A stretch of 63,186 bases of DNA, filler included, from Methanobacteriota archaeon (GTDB taxonomy: Archaea > JACRDV01), in assembly GCA_024860865.1 (NCBI GenBank). It is 10 parts of 10 records of this genome, joined end to end, with 100 filler letters (N's around TTAATTAATTAA, not from the genome) between each part and the next. Parts side by side here need not be neighbours in the genome. Positions count along the whole stretch, not along the records: positions 12,258 to 24,681 come from JACRDV010000140.1; positions 24,782 to 30,435 come from JACRDV010000020.1; positions 30,536 to 37,202 come from JACRDV010000143.1; 7 more parts are not named here. One strand, written 5' to 3'. Position 1 is the stretch's first letter, and every line of letters begins with the position of its first letter. The position numbers and the translations under genes were made by a program. Below the pieces are notes generated by a model. It saw only the letters and a program-made list of their open reading frames with translations. It did no database searches and was not told the origin of the DNA. Of this stretch, positions 20,448 through 30,864 are shown piece by piece.

Positions 20448-21838
20448 TAAACTGCGCCAACCTTTTCTTTAAATCGTTTATAACTAAAAAGGGCTGCAAT
20501 CGCACGAGCGGCTCTTTCTGCTGAAGGAAAGGCGGGAACATTCTCCTTCTCTAGCCGCTTCCTTTGTTGTAAAAGCTCTTCTTTTCCGATCAATGCAACT
20601 GAAAACGGCTTATGGGGATAAATCCTGTTGAGCTCTATTAAAGCCCCAATCACTTCTAGGCCTATTAAAGCGCGCATAGTAGCTATTGCAATAACTCCCC
20701 CAACATTAGGATCATCTAAGACCGATTTCATAGCTACAGTAAATCGATTTGTATCGCAATCTCCGGAAAGGTCTACCGGATTTGCGGTTACAACCCAAGG
20801 TGGAGATATGCTTGATATTTTTTGTTTAGTAATATTTTCAAGCTTAGCAAGTTTCAATCCATATTCTTCACAAACATCAGCAGCCATTACAGCCGGCCCA
20901 CCAGCATTTGTAACAATTGCAACGCCATCGGAAGGCGGCAGCGGTTGATATGCCAATGATCTACCAAGGTCAAATAGCTCTTCTGAATCTCTTGCTCTAA
21001 TTATTCCACATTGCTTGAATACAGCATCATAAACCCTGTCTTGCCCAGCCAGTGCACCAGTGTGACTTGCCGCTGCTCTTGCACCAGCAATTGACCTTCC
21101 AGCTTTCAACACAAGAATTGGCTTAACCCTTGTAACTTCCTTTGCAATATTCATAAATTTTCGCCCGTCTTTAACGCCCTCTATGTACAAAGTTACGACC
21201 TTAGTTTGATCATCATGAGCGAGATACTCAATTAAGTCTGCATCATCAACATCGCACTTGTTACCAACACTTATGAATTTGCTTAATCCAATGCCCTCTG
21301 AAACCATCCACTCAACTAAAGCAACTGCAAATGCACCACTTTGAGCTATGAATGAAATTCCACCTTTTGTTGGCATATCTAACCTTGCAAAAGAAGTGTT
21401 TAAGTTGTTAGCAGTATTCAAGTGGCCAACACAATTTGGACCAACAATGCGAATCCCATGTTTTTTTGCAATCTCAACAACTTGTTGTTCGAGCTTTTTT
21501 CCTTCTTCATTAATCTCAGAAAAACCTGCAGACTCGATTACAACTGCCCTTATATCCTTTTCTCCACATTCTTCCAAAACTTGTGGCACAACATTAGCTG
21601 GCACAATTATTACGGCTAAATCAACTTTTTCAGGAATTTCTTTTATACTTGGGTAGGTTTTAAGGCCTAGAATTTCGGTTGATTTTGGGTTTACAGGAAA
21701 GATTTTTCCTTTAAACCTAGCTTCAAGCAAGTTTTTAACTATGTTGTTTCCAAGCTTACCCTCGGTGCGAGAAGCGCCAATTATTGCGATGGCATTTGGC
21801 TCGAAAAATAATTTTAGCTGAGAAACAATCGATTTCAT
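20447..21838 (-). CDS. acdA: ADP-forming acyl-CoA synthetase alpha subunit
   Basis: IIGASR, GPNCVG, QSGA, SHTGALAG, TNAGG. Confidence 0.92.
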   Translation of the reverse strand: MKSIVSQLKLFFEPNAIAIIGASRTEGKLGNNIVKNLLEARFKGKIFPVNPKSTEILGLKTYPSIKEIPEKVDLAVIIVPANVVPQVLEECGEKDIRAVVIESAGFSEINEEGKKLEQQVVEIAKKHGIRIVGPNCVGHLNTANNLNTSFARLDMPTKGGISFIAQSGAFAVALVEWMVSEGIGLSKFISVGNKCDVDDADLIEYLAHDDQTKVVTLYIEGVKDGRKFMNIAKEVTRVKPILVLKAGRSIAGARAAASHTGALAGQDRVYDAVFKQCGIIRARDSEELFDLGRSLAYQPLPPSDGVAIVTNAGGPAVMAADVCEEYGLKLAKLENITKQKISSISPPWVVTANPVDLSGDCDTNRFTVAMKSVLDDPNVGGVIAIATMRALIGLEVIGALIELNRIYPHKPFSVALIGKEELLQQRKRLEKENVPAFPSAERAARAIAALFSYKRFKEKVGAV

Positions 21839-21944
21839 ATAATTTCTTGAATGTAATTTAAATTTAAATTTGTTTTGAATGGATCCTTAATAAAATATAA
21901 ATAGAACACAAACGAACGCAACTAAAGAGTTTGAGGAAGTTTTA

Positions 21945-23162
21945 TTGAAAAAAATAGCAGTTTTTTCTGTAGTTATTGTAATGCTGTGTATATCCGCCTC
22001 GAAAGTTAGTGCTCAGACCCAGTATTCTACTTTTGATTTGTGGTTATATGGAAATGAAAAAATACAAATTGGAAAATACCAAATTCAGTTCGCAGATTTA
22101 TCATCAAAAGAGACATATGCATTTGTGGTTGTCTATAAGGATGGGAAATTTTTATCTAACAATTGGCTAGAACTAAACAAACCACTTGAAGCCGAAACTC
22201 TCAAGATAACCTTTATTGAAGGATTTCAAAGACCAATTTTAGTTGCGCGCTTTAAAATTGAAACATCGGGCTTTAAAAAAGAGACTTTAATCCAACTTCC
22301 AACATTTAGTTTTGAAATTTCAAACATCGAAAATAATGTAACAATATTTTATTTCCATAAAAATAACGAATCGTTTTTCAAAAGAGTAAATTTACGCGAA
22401 CCTATATTCATAGGCGGTTATAGAATTGAACCTATTAACATATCCGAGGAGTCTGTATTTATTCATGCTATAAAATCGTTAGTAGTATTTGATGGAGAAA
22501 TGCGAAGAGGCACAATAGTCAACTTATCTGAGTACCAACTTAAAATCTTGGATGCTCTAGCTAATGAAAGTAAAGTTGGATTTGGAATTTGTCGCGAAAA
22601 CTTTGTAATAAAACACTTATATCTGAGCAAGAATGATTTAGTTGATTTTAAGCTCTATAAGATTAAAGTCACTGGCGAGCCATTTATTGGCGTGGTAGAG
22701 ACAAAGCTCCCGATAAAGGTTTTTGTGTTTAATGCTTCTAAGCTTTCAATACCAGTTTTTCCAGAGCTTGGAATTATAAAAAAGGTTAACAGATCGATTG
22801 TGGAAGTGGATGATTCGGTTACAGTAACTGTCACTTTTAAAAACTTTGGCCCAATACCAGCAAAAAATGTCAGAGTCTTCGAAATTATGCCTCCAAATTT
22901 TGTGCTTACGACTGGTAAAACATATTGGGATGGAAACCTAGATGTTAACCAATCAGTGACGTATCGGTATTCACTTACTGCCTTGAAAGTTGGAGACTAT
23001 GAGTTGCCACCAACCCGAGCTATATTTTCCGATGAAAAGGGACAATATGAAACTTCTTCTGGATCGATTACTGGTTATGTAAAGAAGAAAGAGCTATTGC
23101 CATCTCTCGCAAAGTGGTTCAGAGATATTTTTAAAAAAATAGCTGAATTATTTTCGCGCTAA
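21945..23162 (+). CDS. exported protein with C-terminal DUF11/BatD-like Ig domain
   Basis: Signal peptide; V.V.VTFKNFG...AKNVRV.E..P..F...G.YELPP. Confidence 0.65.
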   Translation: MKKIAVFSVVIVMLCISASKVSAQTQYSTFDLWLYGNEKIQIGKYQIQFADLSSKETYAFVVVYKDGKFLSNNWLELNKPLEAETLKITFIEGFQRPILVARFKIETSGFKKETLIQLPTFSFEISNIENNVTIFYFHKNNESFFKRVNLREPIFIGGYRIEPINISEESVFIHAIKSLVVFDGEMRRGTIVNLSEYQLKILDALANESKVGFGICRENFVIKHLYLSKNDLVDFKLYKIKVTGEPFIGVVETKLPIKVFVFNASKLSIPVFPELGIIKKVNRSIVEVDDSVTVTVTFKNFGPIPAKNVRVFEIMPPNFVLTTGKTYWDGNLDVNQSVTYRYSLTALKVGDYELPPTRAIFSDEKGQYETSSGSITGYVKKKELLPSLAKWFRDIFKKIAELFSR

Positions 23163-24394
23163 ATCTCACTTGAGCGATTTATCATTTTAAATGCTACATA
23201 AACTACGAGAGCCCCGATGGCAACCGTAGCGGCTCCAAATAAAAATAAAACTTTAAAACCATAAAATTGTGAAATTAATCCACCTATTAACCCACCAAAT
23301 ATTGTTGAAATACCAATCACCGCATTGTAGACGCCTATTATCTCACCTTCTTTGTCTAATGGGGCTAATTTTATAACAACAGCAGATCCAGATACAGTAA
23401 TAATTGCCCATGTAACCCCGATAAGGGCAAAAAGGAACGTAACTTCCCATACAGATTGAGCCCAAACAAAAAATAAAAGGAAAATTCCTCTGCTCAAAAA
23501 TCCTGAAATCTGAACTTTCCGATGTCCAACTCTATCAGCTGCTTTTCCAACCCATTCATAACTTAGAGCTGAAGCCACAGCGTTAATAGTATAAACCAAA
23601 AAAATTTGTTGATTTGAAAGTTTTAATTGACTGGAAAGGAATACTGGAAATGGTGTAAAAACAGCTGTCCCTGCAACAAAAATTAGAAACGTGCCTGCTA
23701 AATAAAGAAAAAGTTCTTTTTCTACCATTGTTAGCTTTGGAACATGAAAGAGCATATGGGGATGATACTGACGTTTTTCAAAAAGTGAAGGGCGAGGCAT
23801 TATTACAGCTGCTCTTTTCTTCGCGAAAAAAGTTGGATCGCGTCCCCATTTTAAAATAAAATAACTTGCAATTAAAGACATGATTGCTGAGAGAATAAAC
23901 AAAGATTCTATTGAAAGCTTACCGATGGAAATAGCTCCGATGACTAAACCTAAAACCCAACCTATTCCGCAAATTTTATTGAATATCCCTATCTTCTCTC
24001 CAAGCTCTGCTGGAGCTACTGTATCTGCTATCAGAGCACCAACTGCAGGAACAGATGCTGCAACTAAAAATCCCTGCGCAGCTCTTATTAGAATTAATTG
24101 CTGAACATTTACAGCTAAAGCTAACAACAATGTTGAGATGCTCGTAAACAAAAATCCTAAAGCAATGAAAAGCATTCTCTTATGCAATAAATCTGAAATC
24201 TTGCCCCAAAAATAAGTAGCTGGAGTTGAGGCTAGAGAGAAAAGCGAAGCAAGCAATCCTACTTGGGTTAAAGAAGCCCCTAGGTTAACTGCATAAACCG
24301 GCAATATAGGTTCTATTATTCCGTTAGCAGCCTTATTTGGCAGAAATGCATGGAACCATCGTTGGTCGTTCTTTTGTGAGCTAAAGGTCAACAT
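23159..24394 (-). CDS. MFS transporter
   Basis: About 12 TM segments, WGKISD, GKAADRVG; start uncertain. Confidence 0.9.
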   Translation of the reverse strand: MLTFSSQKNDQRWFHAFLPNKAANGIIEPILPVYAVNLGASLTQVGLLASLFSLASTPATYFWGKISDLLHKRMLFIALGFLFTSISTLLLALAVNVQQLILIRAAQGFLVAASVPAVGALIADTVAPAELGEKIGIFNKICGIGWVLGLVIGAISIGKLSIESLFILSAIMSLIASYFILKWGRDPTFFAKKRAAVIMPRPSLFEKRQYHPHMLFHVPKLTMVEKELFLYLAGTFLIFVAGTAVFTPFPVFLSSQLKLSNQQIFLVYTINAVASALSYEWVGKAADRVGHRKVQISGFLSRGIFLLFFVWAQSVWEVTFLFALIGVTWAIITVSGSAVVIKLAPLDKEGEIIGVYNAVIGISTIFGGLIGGLISQFYGFKVLFLFGAATVAIGALVVYVAFKMINRSSEI

Positions 24395-24781
24395 AAGGAT
24401 GAGCTCTTTTATATAAGGATGAGATAAATCTTTCATTTCAATTTTAAAATAGAATTTTCTAACTGGAGTAAAAAAGGATTAAAAAACTTTAAGGAACATT
24501 TTTATATGTTAGTAGTCTAAAAAATTCTTCTGTGATAAAAGAACAAAACCCCTCCGGGGAAATAAGACTGTTGTTTATCCAGTTCTTTTGTTGAAGGGAT
24601 AATTGTTGTTTTTATTTTTTAACAATATTAGAAATTCTAAATTGATCCTATGTCAACAATTAAATGATTCTACTTAAATTGNNNNNNNNNNNNNNNNNNN
24701 NNNNNNNNNNNNNNNNNNNNNNNNNTTAATTAATTAANNNNNNNNNNNNNNNNNNNNNNNNNNNNNNNNNNNNNNNNNNNN

Positions 24782-25009
24782 ATAGACATTCACTCAATTT
24801 CAGCCCTGTCAATTGAGAGCGTTCAATTGGCCAAAGGTGAGAAAAAACCAGTTAGAATTGAAATTGAAATGTCCGAGTCAGCTGGAATTTTCCAGATTGG
24901 TGAATTATTGCAAAATAGAATTCAAAACTCAGGATTAAAAGATTTCATTGAAGTCTATGCAAAGGTAAAAGCAAGAGAGCGAACAATATTACAGGAAGTC
25001 CATATTTAA
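24782..25009 (+). CDS. C-terminal fragment of an HD-superfamily phosphohydrolase (COG3294-like)
   Basis: Open from contig start: IDIHSISALSIE...KPVRIEIEMSESAGIFQI. Confidence 0.65.
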   Translation: MDIHSISALSIESVQLAKGEKKPVRIEIEMSESAGIFQIGELLQNRIQNSGLKDFIEVYAKVKARERTILQEVHI

Positions 25010-25047
25010 TAAAACTAGGAATATTTTTCAATTTTTTTGGGCTAACT

Positions 25048-26748
25048 TTGCTTTATTCAAGTTTAGTTGAAGTTTTTCAGCAATTTGAGTCAACAACTAG
25101 TCGAATCAGATTAACGGATATAGTAAGCAAATTATTTAAGGGAAGCCCCATCAATCTTTTGCCCGTTATAATTTACATGTTGATTGGTAAAGTTTTTCCT
25201 TCTTGGGATTCAAGAAAGCTTGATGTAAGTGGATCTACTATTTTTGCTGCGCTTAAACAGGCCACAGGAGCAGATAATCCCACCATAATTAAAGCATTCA
25301 AGGAAACTGGTGATATAGGCTCAACTGCTGAGCTAATTTACAAAACTAAAAAACCAATTGCTCTGTTTTCAAAACAGCTAACTATTTCCGATGTTTATAA
25401 TGGATTCGTAGATATTGCAAGAGTAACGGGCCCCGGTTCTCGTAAGAAAAAAGAGCGGATATTGTTAGGGTTGTTAAACTCAGCCTCTTCATCTGAGGTA
25501 AAATACATTCTAAGAAACGTTATTGGCGATATGCGCCATGGAGTAAACGAGGGGATTGTGGAAGAAGCTATAGCTAAGGCCTTTCAAATTCCAGTTGATT
25601 TAGTGCAACGCAGTTATATGATAGCAAATGATCTAGGCTTAGTGGCTCAAGTTGCAAAAAATTCCGGAATAACTGGCCTTAAACAGCTAAAACTTACAAT
25701 AATGCGCCCAATAAAACCAATGCTAGCCCAGAGTGTATCCGATATTAAAGAGGCACTGTCTGAGATAAAGAAACCAGCATTTGAATGGAAACTCGATGGA
25801 GCAAGGGCTCAAATTCATAAGCAAAAAGATAAAATAAAAATTTTTAGCAGAGGAACAGAAGATATTACACAGGCTTTTCCTGAAATAGTCAAATCTCTAA
25901 AAGAGGGAATAGTTGCAAATGAAGCTATTCTAGAAGGAGAGATTGTTGCAATAGACCCATTGAATAGTAAACCGAGACCATTTCAATTCGTTTTAAGAAG
26001 GTTTAGAAGGAAATATTCGGTTTCTGAACTTGAAAAAATAATTCCAGTAAAGCTCTACTTGTTTGACTTGCTTTACTTAAACAGAAACTCGTTCCTAAAT
26101 AAGCCCTTTACTGAGCGCAGAAATACATTAGAAAAAATCATAGTTCAAAACCCAAAGATAGAATTGACCAAGTTGGTTATAACTAATGAAATATCTGTAG
26201 CTCAAACGATGTTCAATGAGGCCATAGAAATCGGGCATGAAGGGCTTATGATTAAAGATCCAAATGCTAGTTATATTCCAGGAATTCGTGGCAAAAAGAT
26301 GTTAAAAGTTAAGGCAGCGCTTGAAACTCTCGATTTAGCGGTAATTGAGGCTGATTATGGCTACGGGAGGAAGCACAAATGGCTTTCAAGTTATGCGTTA
26401 GTAGCTATGGATGAAACATCAGGTAAGTTGGTGGCAGTTGGCAGAGTTTTTACAGGTTTATCTGATGAAGAGCTCGAAGAGATCACAAAAAAGCTGAAAG
26501 AAATAGCAATTCAAGAGATTGGCAGGAGCGTTATAGTTAGACCAGAAATCGTTTTAGAAGTTGGCTTTGGTGAAATACAGAAAAGTCCAGTCTATGACTC
26601 CGGATTTGCGCTGAGATTCCCTAGGATAATCGCCATAAGAGAAGACCTAAGCTTGGAAGATATCGATTCGTTACAAAAAATTAAAGAACTTTACAAAAGG
26701 CAAACAAAGGCTCAATCTGGCGCAATTAATCAAATTAAAACACCTTGA
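25048..26748 (+). CDS. lig: ATP-dependent DNA ligase
   Basis: PMLAQ, EWKLDGAR, EGLMIK, LRFPRI. Confidence 0.96.
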   Translation: MLYSSLVEVFQQFESTTSRIRLTDIVSKLFKGSPINLLPVIIYMLIGKVFPSWDSRKLDVSGSTIFAALKQATGADNPTIIKAFKETGDIGSTAELIYKTKKPIALFSKQLTISDVYNGFVDIARVTGPGSRKKKERILLGLLNSASSSEVKYILRNVIGDMRHGVNEGIVEEAIAKAFQIPVDLVQRSYMIANDLGLVAQVAKNSGITGLKQLKLTIMRPIKPMLAQSVSDIKEALSEIKKPAFEWKLDGARAQIHKQKDKIKIFSRGTEDITQAFPEIVKSLKEGIVANEAILEGEIVAIDPLNSKPRPFQFVLRRFRRKYSVSELEKIIPVKLYLFDLLYLNRNSFLNKPFTERRNTLEKIIVQNPKIELTKLVITNEISVAQTMFNEAIEIGHEGLMIKDPNASYIPGIRGKKMLKVKAALETLDLAVIEADYGYGRKHKWLSSYALVAMDETSGKLVAVGRVFTGLSDEELEEITKKLKEIAIQEIGRSVIVRPEIVLEVGFGEIQKSPVYDSGFALRFPRIIAIREDLSLEDIDSLQKIKELYKRQTKAQSGAINQIKTP

Positions 26749-27031
26749 AAGGCTTTAAATAGAATTTTAGAATTAGAAACTTCAATTTCAGCTTCTTCAG
26801 ATGTTCAAACAAGAGAAGTTTGAATTTGAAAAGACCGAAGGGTTTTTATTTAAGTTTTGAATATCTGACTACCCACGCTTATGTTATTTTTGTTTAGTTA
26901 AACTTAGAATATGGTGATAAAATGAGATTTGATGCTATTGTAACTAAAAAAGTATACAAATTTGGTTGCCTCTTCAATTTTAAAAAATAATTTCATGAAA
27001 ATTCTCTTTTTTAAGATATTTAGGTGGACGA

Positions 27032-27259
27032 GTGTACCCTCCAAAAAAACTTACACGATTTGAAAGAGCGAGAATTATTGGAGCGCGAGCGCTTCAAATT
27101 TCATTGGGTGCGCCAGTTTTAGTAGATGTTCCTCCTGATATGACTACTCCAATTGAAATTGCACTGTATGAACTTAAAAAAGGAGTGATTCCAATAACAG
27201 TTATTCGCAAACATCCTAGTGGCAAAATTGAAATTGTCGATTTAAAAAACAAATTATAA
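27032..27259 (+). CDS. rpoK: RNA polymerase subunit K (Rpo6)
   Basis: [22 protein letters not shown]. Confidence 0.96.
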   Translation: MYPPKKLTRFERARIIGARALQISLGAPVLVDVPPDMTTPIEIALYELKKGVIPITVIRKHPSGKIEIVDLKNKL

Positions 27260-27359
27260 TTGAAATTTTAATAAAATACTTATAAAATTATTTTTTGTTA
27301 GTATGTTTGTACATTACTATATAAACCTTGAGAATAAGCTAATTAATTGAGGTGGCAAT

Positions 27360-27578
27360 TTGGGTCGAATTAGACAATTGTTTATCAAGCGTGCAGCATC
27401 GGAAGTCTATGAAAAGTTTAGAGAACAATTTTCAGCTGATTTTGAAAATAATAAAAAAATACTTGCAGAAGTAGCAAAGATTGATTCAAAGATGCTGAGA
27501 AATCGGATGGCTGGTTACATAACAAATTTAGTTAGGCTCAAGCAAAAAGGTGCTAGAGCAGTGGCACCTTCTGAATAA
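27360..27578 (+). CDS. rps17e: 30S ribosomal protein S17e
   Basis: MGRIR...DFENNK...LRNRMAGYIT. Confidence 0.96.
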   Translation: MGRIRQLFIKRAASEVYEKFREQFSADFENNKKILAEVAKIDSKMLRNRMAGYITNLVRLKQKGARAVAPSE

Positions 27579-27593
27579 TTAGGTTTTTTTAAA

Positions 27594-28379
27594 ATGAAAA
27601 CCAAAGAAATAATGACTCCCAATCCAGTTTCAATAAAAGCCGATGATGCTGCCACCAAGGCTCGTTCTTTGATGCGAATGGTTAACTATCGTGGATTACC
27701 TGTAGTCAATGATGCAAATAATTTAATTGGAGTTGTCACTCGCGGAGATTTACTCAAAATCACATCTACACGTTCTAATATTCCAGTTCGTGGGATAATG
27801 TCATTACCCAATGTAACTTTAACACCCGAAATCGACCTTTTTGATGCGGCTAAAATTTTGTTTGAGAGCAATGTGAATCGAGCTTTTGTAGTTAAAAGCA
27901 ACACAGAAAAAGAATTAGTTGGTGTTGTTAGTTCTTTTAATATTATTAAAGCATTTTTAAAACTTGAACTTAAACCAAAGAAAAAAACTGCAAAAGAAAT
28001 AATGACAACCAAAGTTGTGATTGCTGATGCTGGAGAACCCATCTCAAAGGTTTGGGAGAAAATGGATGAATATGGCCATTCTGGGTTACCTGTCGTTAAG
28101 GATGGTAAATTGATTGGGATGATTACAAGGAAAGACATAATTGAAGCTGGTTGTATTAGAATTGAAAAAGAATCTGAACGGCGCGGTCGTTTGAAAACCC
28201 CTCCTAAGAAAATCGAACGCACAATGACTACACCGGCAATTACAGTAACTCCAAATACTCCAGTTGAGGAGATTGCGAAAATTATGATTGAACGAGATAT
28301 TGGTAGAATCCCAGTGGTAGAAAGAAATGAATTAGTTGGTATAGTAGCCCAAATGAATTTACTTCAGGCTTTTCTTTAG
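27594..28379 (+). CDS. protein with four CBS domains
   Basis: Repeated IMT...LPVV...LIG.IT motifs. Confidence 0.92.
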   Translation: MKTKEIMTPNPVSIKADDAATKARSLMRMVNYRGLPVVNDANNLIGVVTRGDLLKITSTRSNIPVRGIMSLPNVTLTPEIDLFDAAKILFESNVNRAFVVKSNTEKELVGVVSSFNIIKAFLKLELKPKKKTAKEIMTTKVVIADAGEPISKVWEKMDEYGHSGLPVVKDGKLIGMITRKDIIEAGCIRIEKESERRGRLKTPPKKIERTMTTPAITVTPNTPVEEIAKIMIERDIGRIPVVERNELVGIVAQMNLLQAFL

Positions 28380-28421
28380 ATATTCGCTAACAATTCTTCG
28401 AATTTTGATTTTTTGTTAATT

Positions 28422-29039
28422 TCAAACCAAAAATTTGTTGACGATTTTCCAGATAGCAGCATGAACATTTTTAACTGACTTTTCTCCATCAATAACTGCC
28501 CATTTGAACTTTCTTGATAACTTCAAATAAGCTTCTCTCACTTTAGTAAGGTAGTCTAGATCCATTTCATAAATGTCTCTATTTTTCTGTTTTCTTTTAT
28601 ATGATGTCTGTGGTGATACGTCTATCACTATCGCTAAGTCTGCTCGGGGCAATCCTTTTTCTAAATTAAATAGCCATTGCAAACTTAAACCATGAGCGAG
28701 CCCATATGCCAAATTTGACTGACTGTATCTATCGATTATAACAATTTTTCCTTGATTAAGCCAGCTTTCTATATCTTCCTTCTTTTCCCACCTATTTGCT
28801 GCATATAACATATGTCTTAGCCTAAGATAATATGCCCTCTTACCTTGCAGAAAGGCTTCAATCTCTTTTCCAATTGGAGTGCTATAATCTGGAAAGGCTA
28901 TTTTTTGAAATCTATATTTCTCATTTTCCAGTCTTTTAGCCAACAATTTTATTTGCGTTTCCTTGCCGGACTGATCTAAACCTTCAAGTACGATAAGACT
29001 GCCTTTTATCTTCTTATTAATAGAGGATTTTTTTTTCAA
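28422..29039 (-). CDS. tmk: thymidylate kinase
   Basis: EGLDQSGKET, FPDY, DRY..SNLAY. Confidence 0.94.
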   Translation of the reverse strand: MKKKSSINKKIKGSLIVLEGLDQSGKETQIKLLAKRLENEKYRFQKIAFPDYSTPIGKEIEAFLQGKRAYYLRLRHMLYAANRWEKKEDIESWLNQGKIVIIDRYSQSNLAYGLAHGLSLQWLFNLEKGLPRADLAIVIDVSPQTSYKRKQKNRDIYEMDLDYLTKVREAYLKLSRKFKWAVIDGEKSVKNVHAAIWKIVNKFLV

Positions 29040-29085
29040 GTAATACCCCGAAGCAGCGGTATGGTCCTAGAGGAAGTTATTTTCG

Positions 29086-29388
29086 CTAATGTCGTGACAA
29101 CTCCAGCACTTTCTTACCTTGGCTTTCATTTTTGCCAGAGGCTTTTGAAAGGTCAGAGAATAGCTCTTCCAGTTCCTTCAAATAATCTTCGCACTCTACC
29201 GGAGACCTTATTCCTCCTTTTTCCTCTTTGGATAGCACTATTGACTCCGCCTCGCCTTTGCCAAGGTCGAGGTATTTCCTTATCTTTCCGCATATCGTTT
29301 TTGAACTTATTTTTTCTTTTTTCCGTTTTCGATATATGAAGAGATAGTTTGGCAAAATCTTGAATATGTTAGCCAAAATTTGTCGCAT
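29086..29388 (-). pseudogene. degraded PIN-domain fragment
   Basis: LDLGKGEAESIVLS motif only. Confidence 0.4.
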
Positions 29389-29513
29389 TGTTTTTTATCC
29401 ATGTTATAAGTATAAAATATTTAGCGAGGACCACTGCTCATGTTTCTACCATTAGATTATTAACTATAACTAGTTATTAAAGCAACTTAATTCTGATAAA
29501 TAGGTGTCAAATA

Positions 29514-30431
29514 ATGGTTCTTGCTGAGATTAAAATTAAGCCATTAGCTTTCGAAAGCTTTGGCGTCCGGTCAATGGCAACTTTCGTGGAAACACCAGAT
29601 CTAAAAGCACTAATAGACCCTGGGACTTCACTCGGCCCAAGGTTCAGACTTCCACCCCATGAGCTCGAGTACAAGGCTTTAGATCAAACAAGGAAAGCAA
29701 TCCAAAAGACGGCAAAAAAAGCTGACGTTTTAGTAGTATCTCATTATCATTTTGATCATTATACTCCAAATTTTGAGGAAAATATCTGGCTAAAAACTAA
29801 GCCGGAGTTTGCGGAAGAACTTTACTCAAATAAAGTAATTTTTGCAAAAGATGCTAAGAAAAACATAAACTTTTCACAGCGCAGACGAGGGTATATGTTT
29901 TATAAATTAAATGAAAAAATTGATAAGAAAATTGAAGTAGCCGATGGCGGGTTATTCCAGTTTGATAATACTTTGCTCAAATTTTCAACTCCAGTTTTTC
30001 ATGGACCGGCTGATTCAAAGCTCGGGTGGATTTTAGTTACAACTATTAGAACTAAAAAAGAGACTTTCATTCATGCTCCCGATGTTCAAGGTCCAGTAAT
30101 AGAAGAAACACTTTCTATTATACTAAAAGAGAAGCCAGATGTTTTGTTTATTGGAGGACCGCCAACTTATTTAGCTGGATTTAAGTACGAATATACAGAT
30201 TTAGTTGTTGCTCAAAAAAACTTGATTGAACTAGCTAAAAAATTACCAGTGATGGTAGTTGATCATCATCTATTGCGCGACTTAAATTACAAAAGCTACC
30301 TTCAGCCAATTATAGATGTCGCTAATATATATAATCATAAGCTGCTTTCTGCAGCAGAATTTATTGGAAAGGAGCCAAAGTTACTAGAAGCTCATCGAAA
30401 AGAACTGCATTCAATAGGAAACCTGACGTAA
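29514..30431 (+). CDS. UPF0282-type metallo-beta-lactamase-fold hydrolase
   Basis: ESFGVRSM, SHYHFDH, DVQGP, DHHLLRD. Confidence 0.9.
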   Translation: MVLAEIKIKPLAFESFGVRSMATFVETPDLKALIDPGTSLGPRFRLPPHELEYKALDQTRKAIQKTAKKADVLVVSHYHFDHYTPNFEENIWLKTKPEFAEELYSNKVIFAKDAKKNINFSQRRRGYMFYKLNEKIDKKIEVADGGLFQFDNTLLKFSTPVFHGPADSKLGWILVTTIRTKKETFIHAPDVQGPVIEETLSIILKEKPDVLFIGGPPTYLAGFKYEYTDLVVAQKNLIELAKKLPVMVVDHHLLRDLNYKSYLQPIIDVANIYNHKLLSAAEFIGKEPKLLEAHRKELHSIGNLT

Positions 30432-30574
30432 TAATNNNNNNNNNNNNNNNNNNNNNNNNNNNNNNNNNNNNNNNNNNNNTTAATTAATTAANNNNNNNNN
30501 NNNNNNNNNNNNNNNNNNNNNNNNNNNNNNNNNNNAAGTTTAGAGGATTTAGACTTAAAATTTTTATTCTCGCC

Positions 30575-30864
30575 GAAATAGTATACAGTCCCTTTAGAAG
30601 AGATGAATTTCGGGTTTTTAAATATTTTTATGGTAATCATCCCTTAGAGCTGTGCTATGCGCACTGCTCGTACTAGCTGCACTGGGCAGCGGAGGCTGGA
30701 CTCGAATTAACGAGCCGTTTGTAACTCAGTCCAGAAGTTGGGATGAACGGGATAAGGACTGGCCGTGCCAACAAGATCCCCTGCGGACCAGCAACCTCGC
30801 AAGCAATAGTGAACCTCGCCTCTGCGACTGGATGCCAAATGCTTTAGCGTTAGGAGGAAGTCAC
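30575..30864 (+). mobile_element. ORF-less IS200/IS605-derived element, divergent copy 1
   Basis: Left-end-like GAGATGAATT; right end GGATGCCAAATGCTTTAGCGTTAGGAGGAAGTCAC; shares GGCTGGACT with the other copies. Confidence 0.7.
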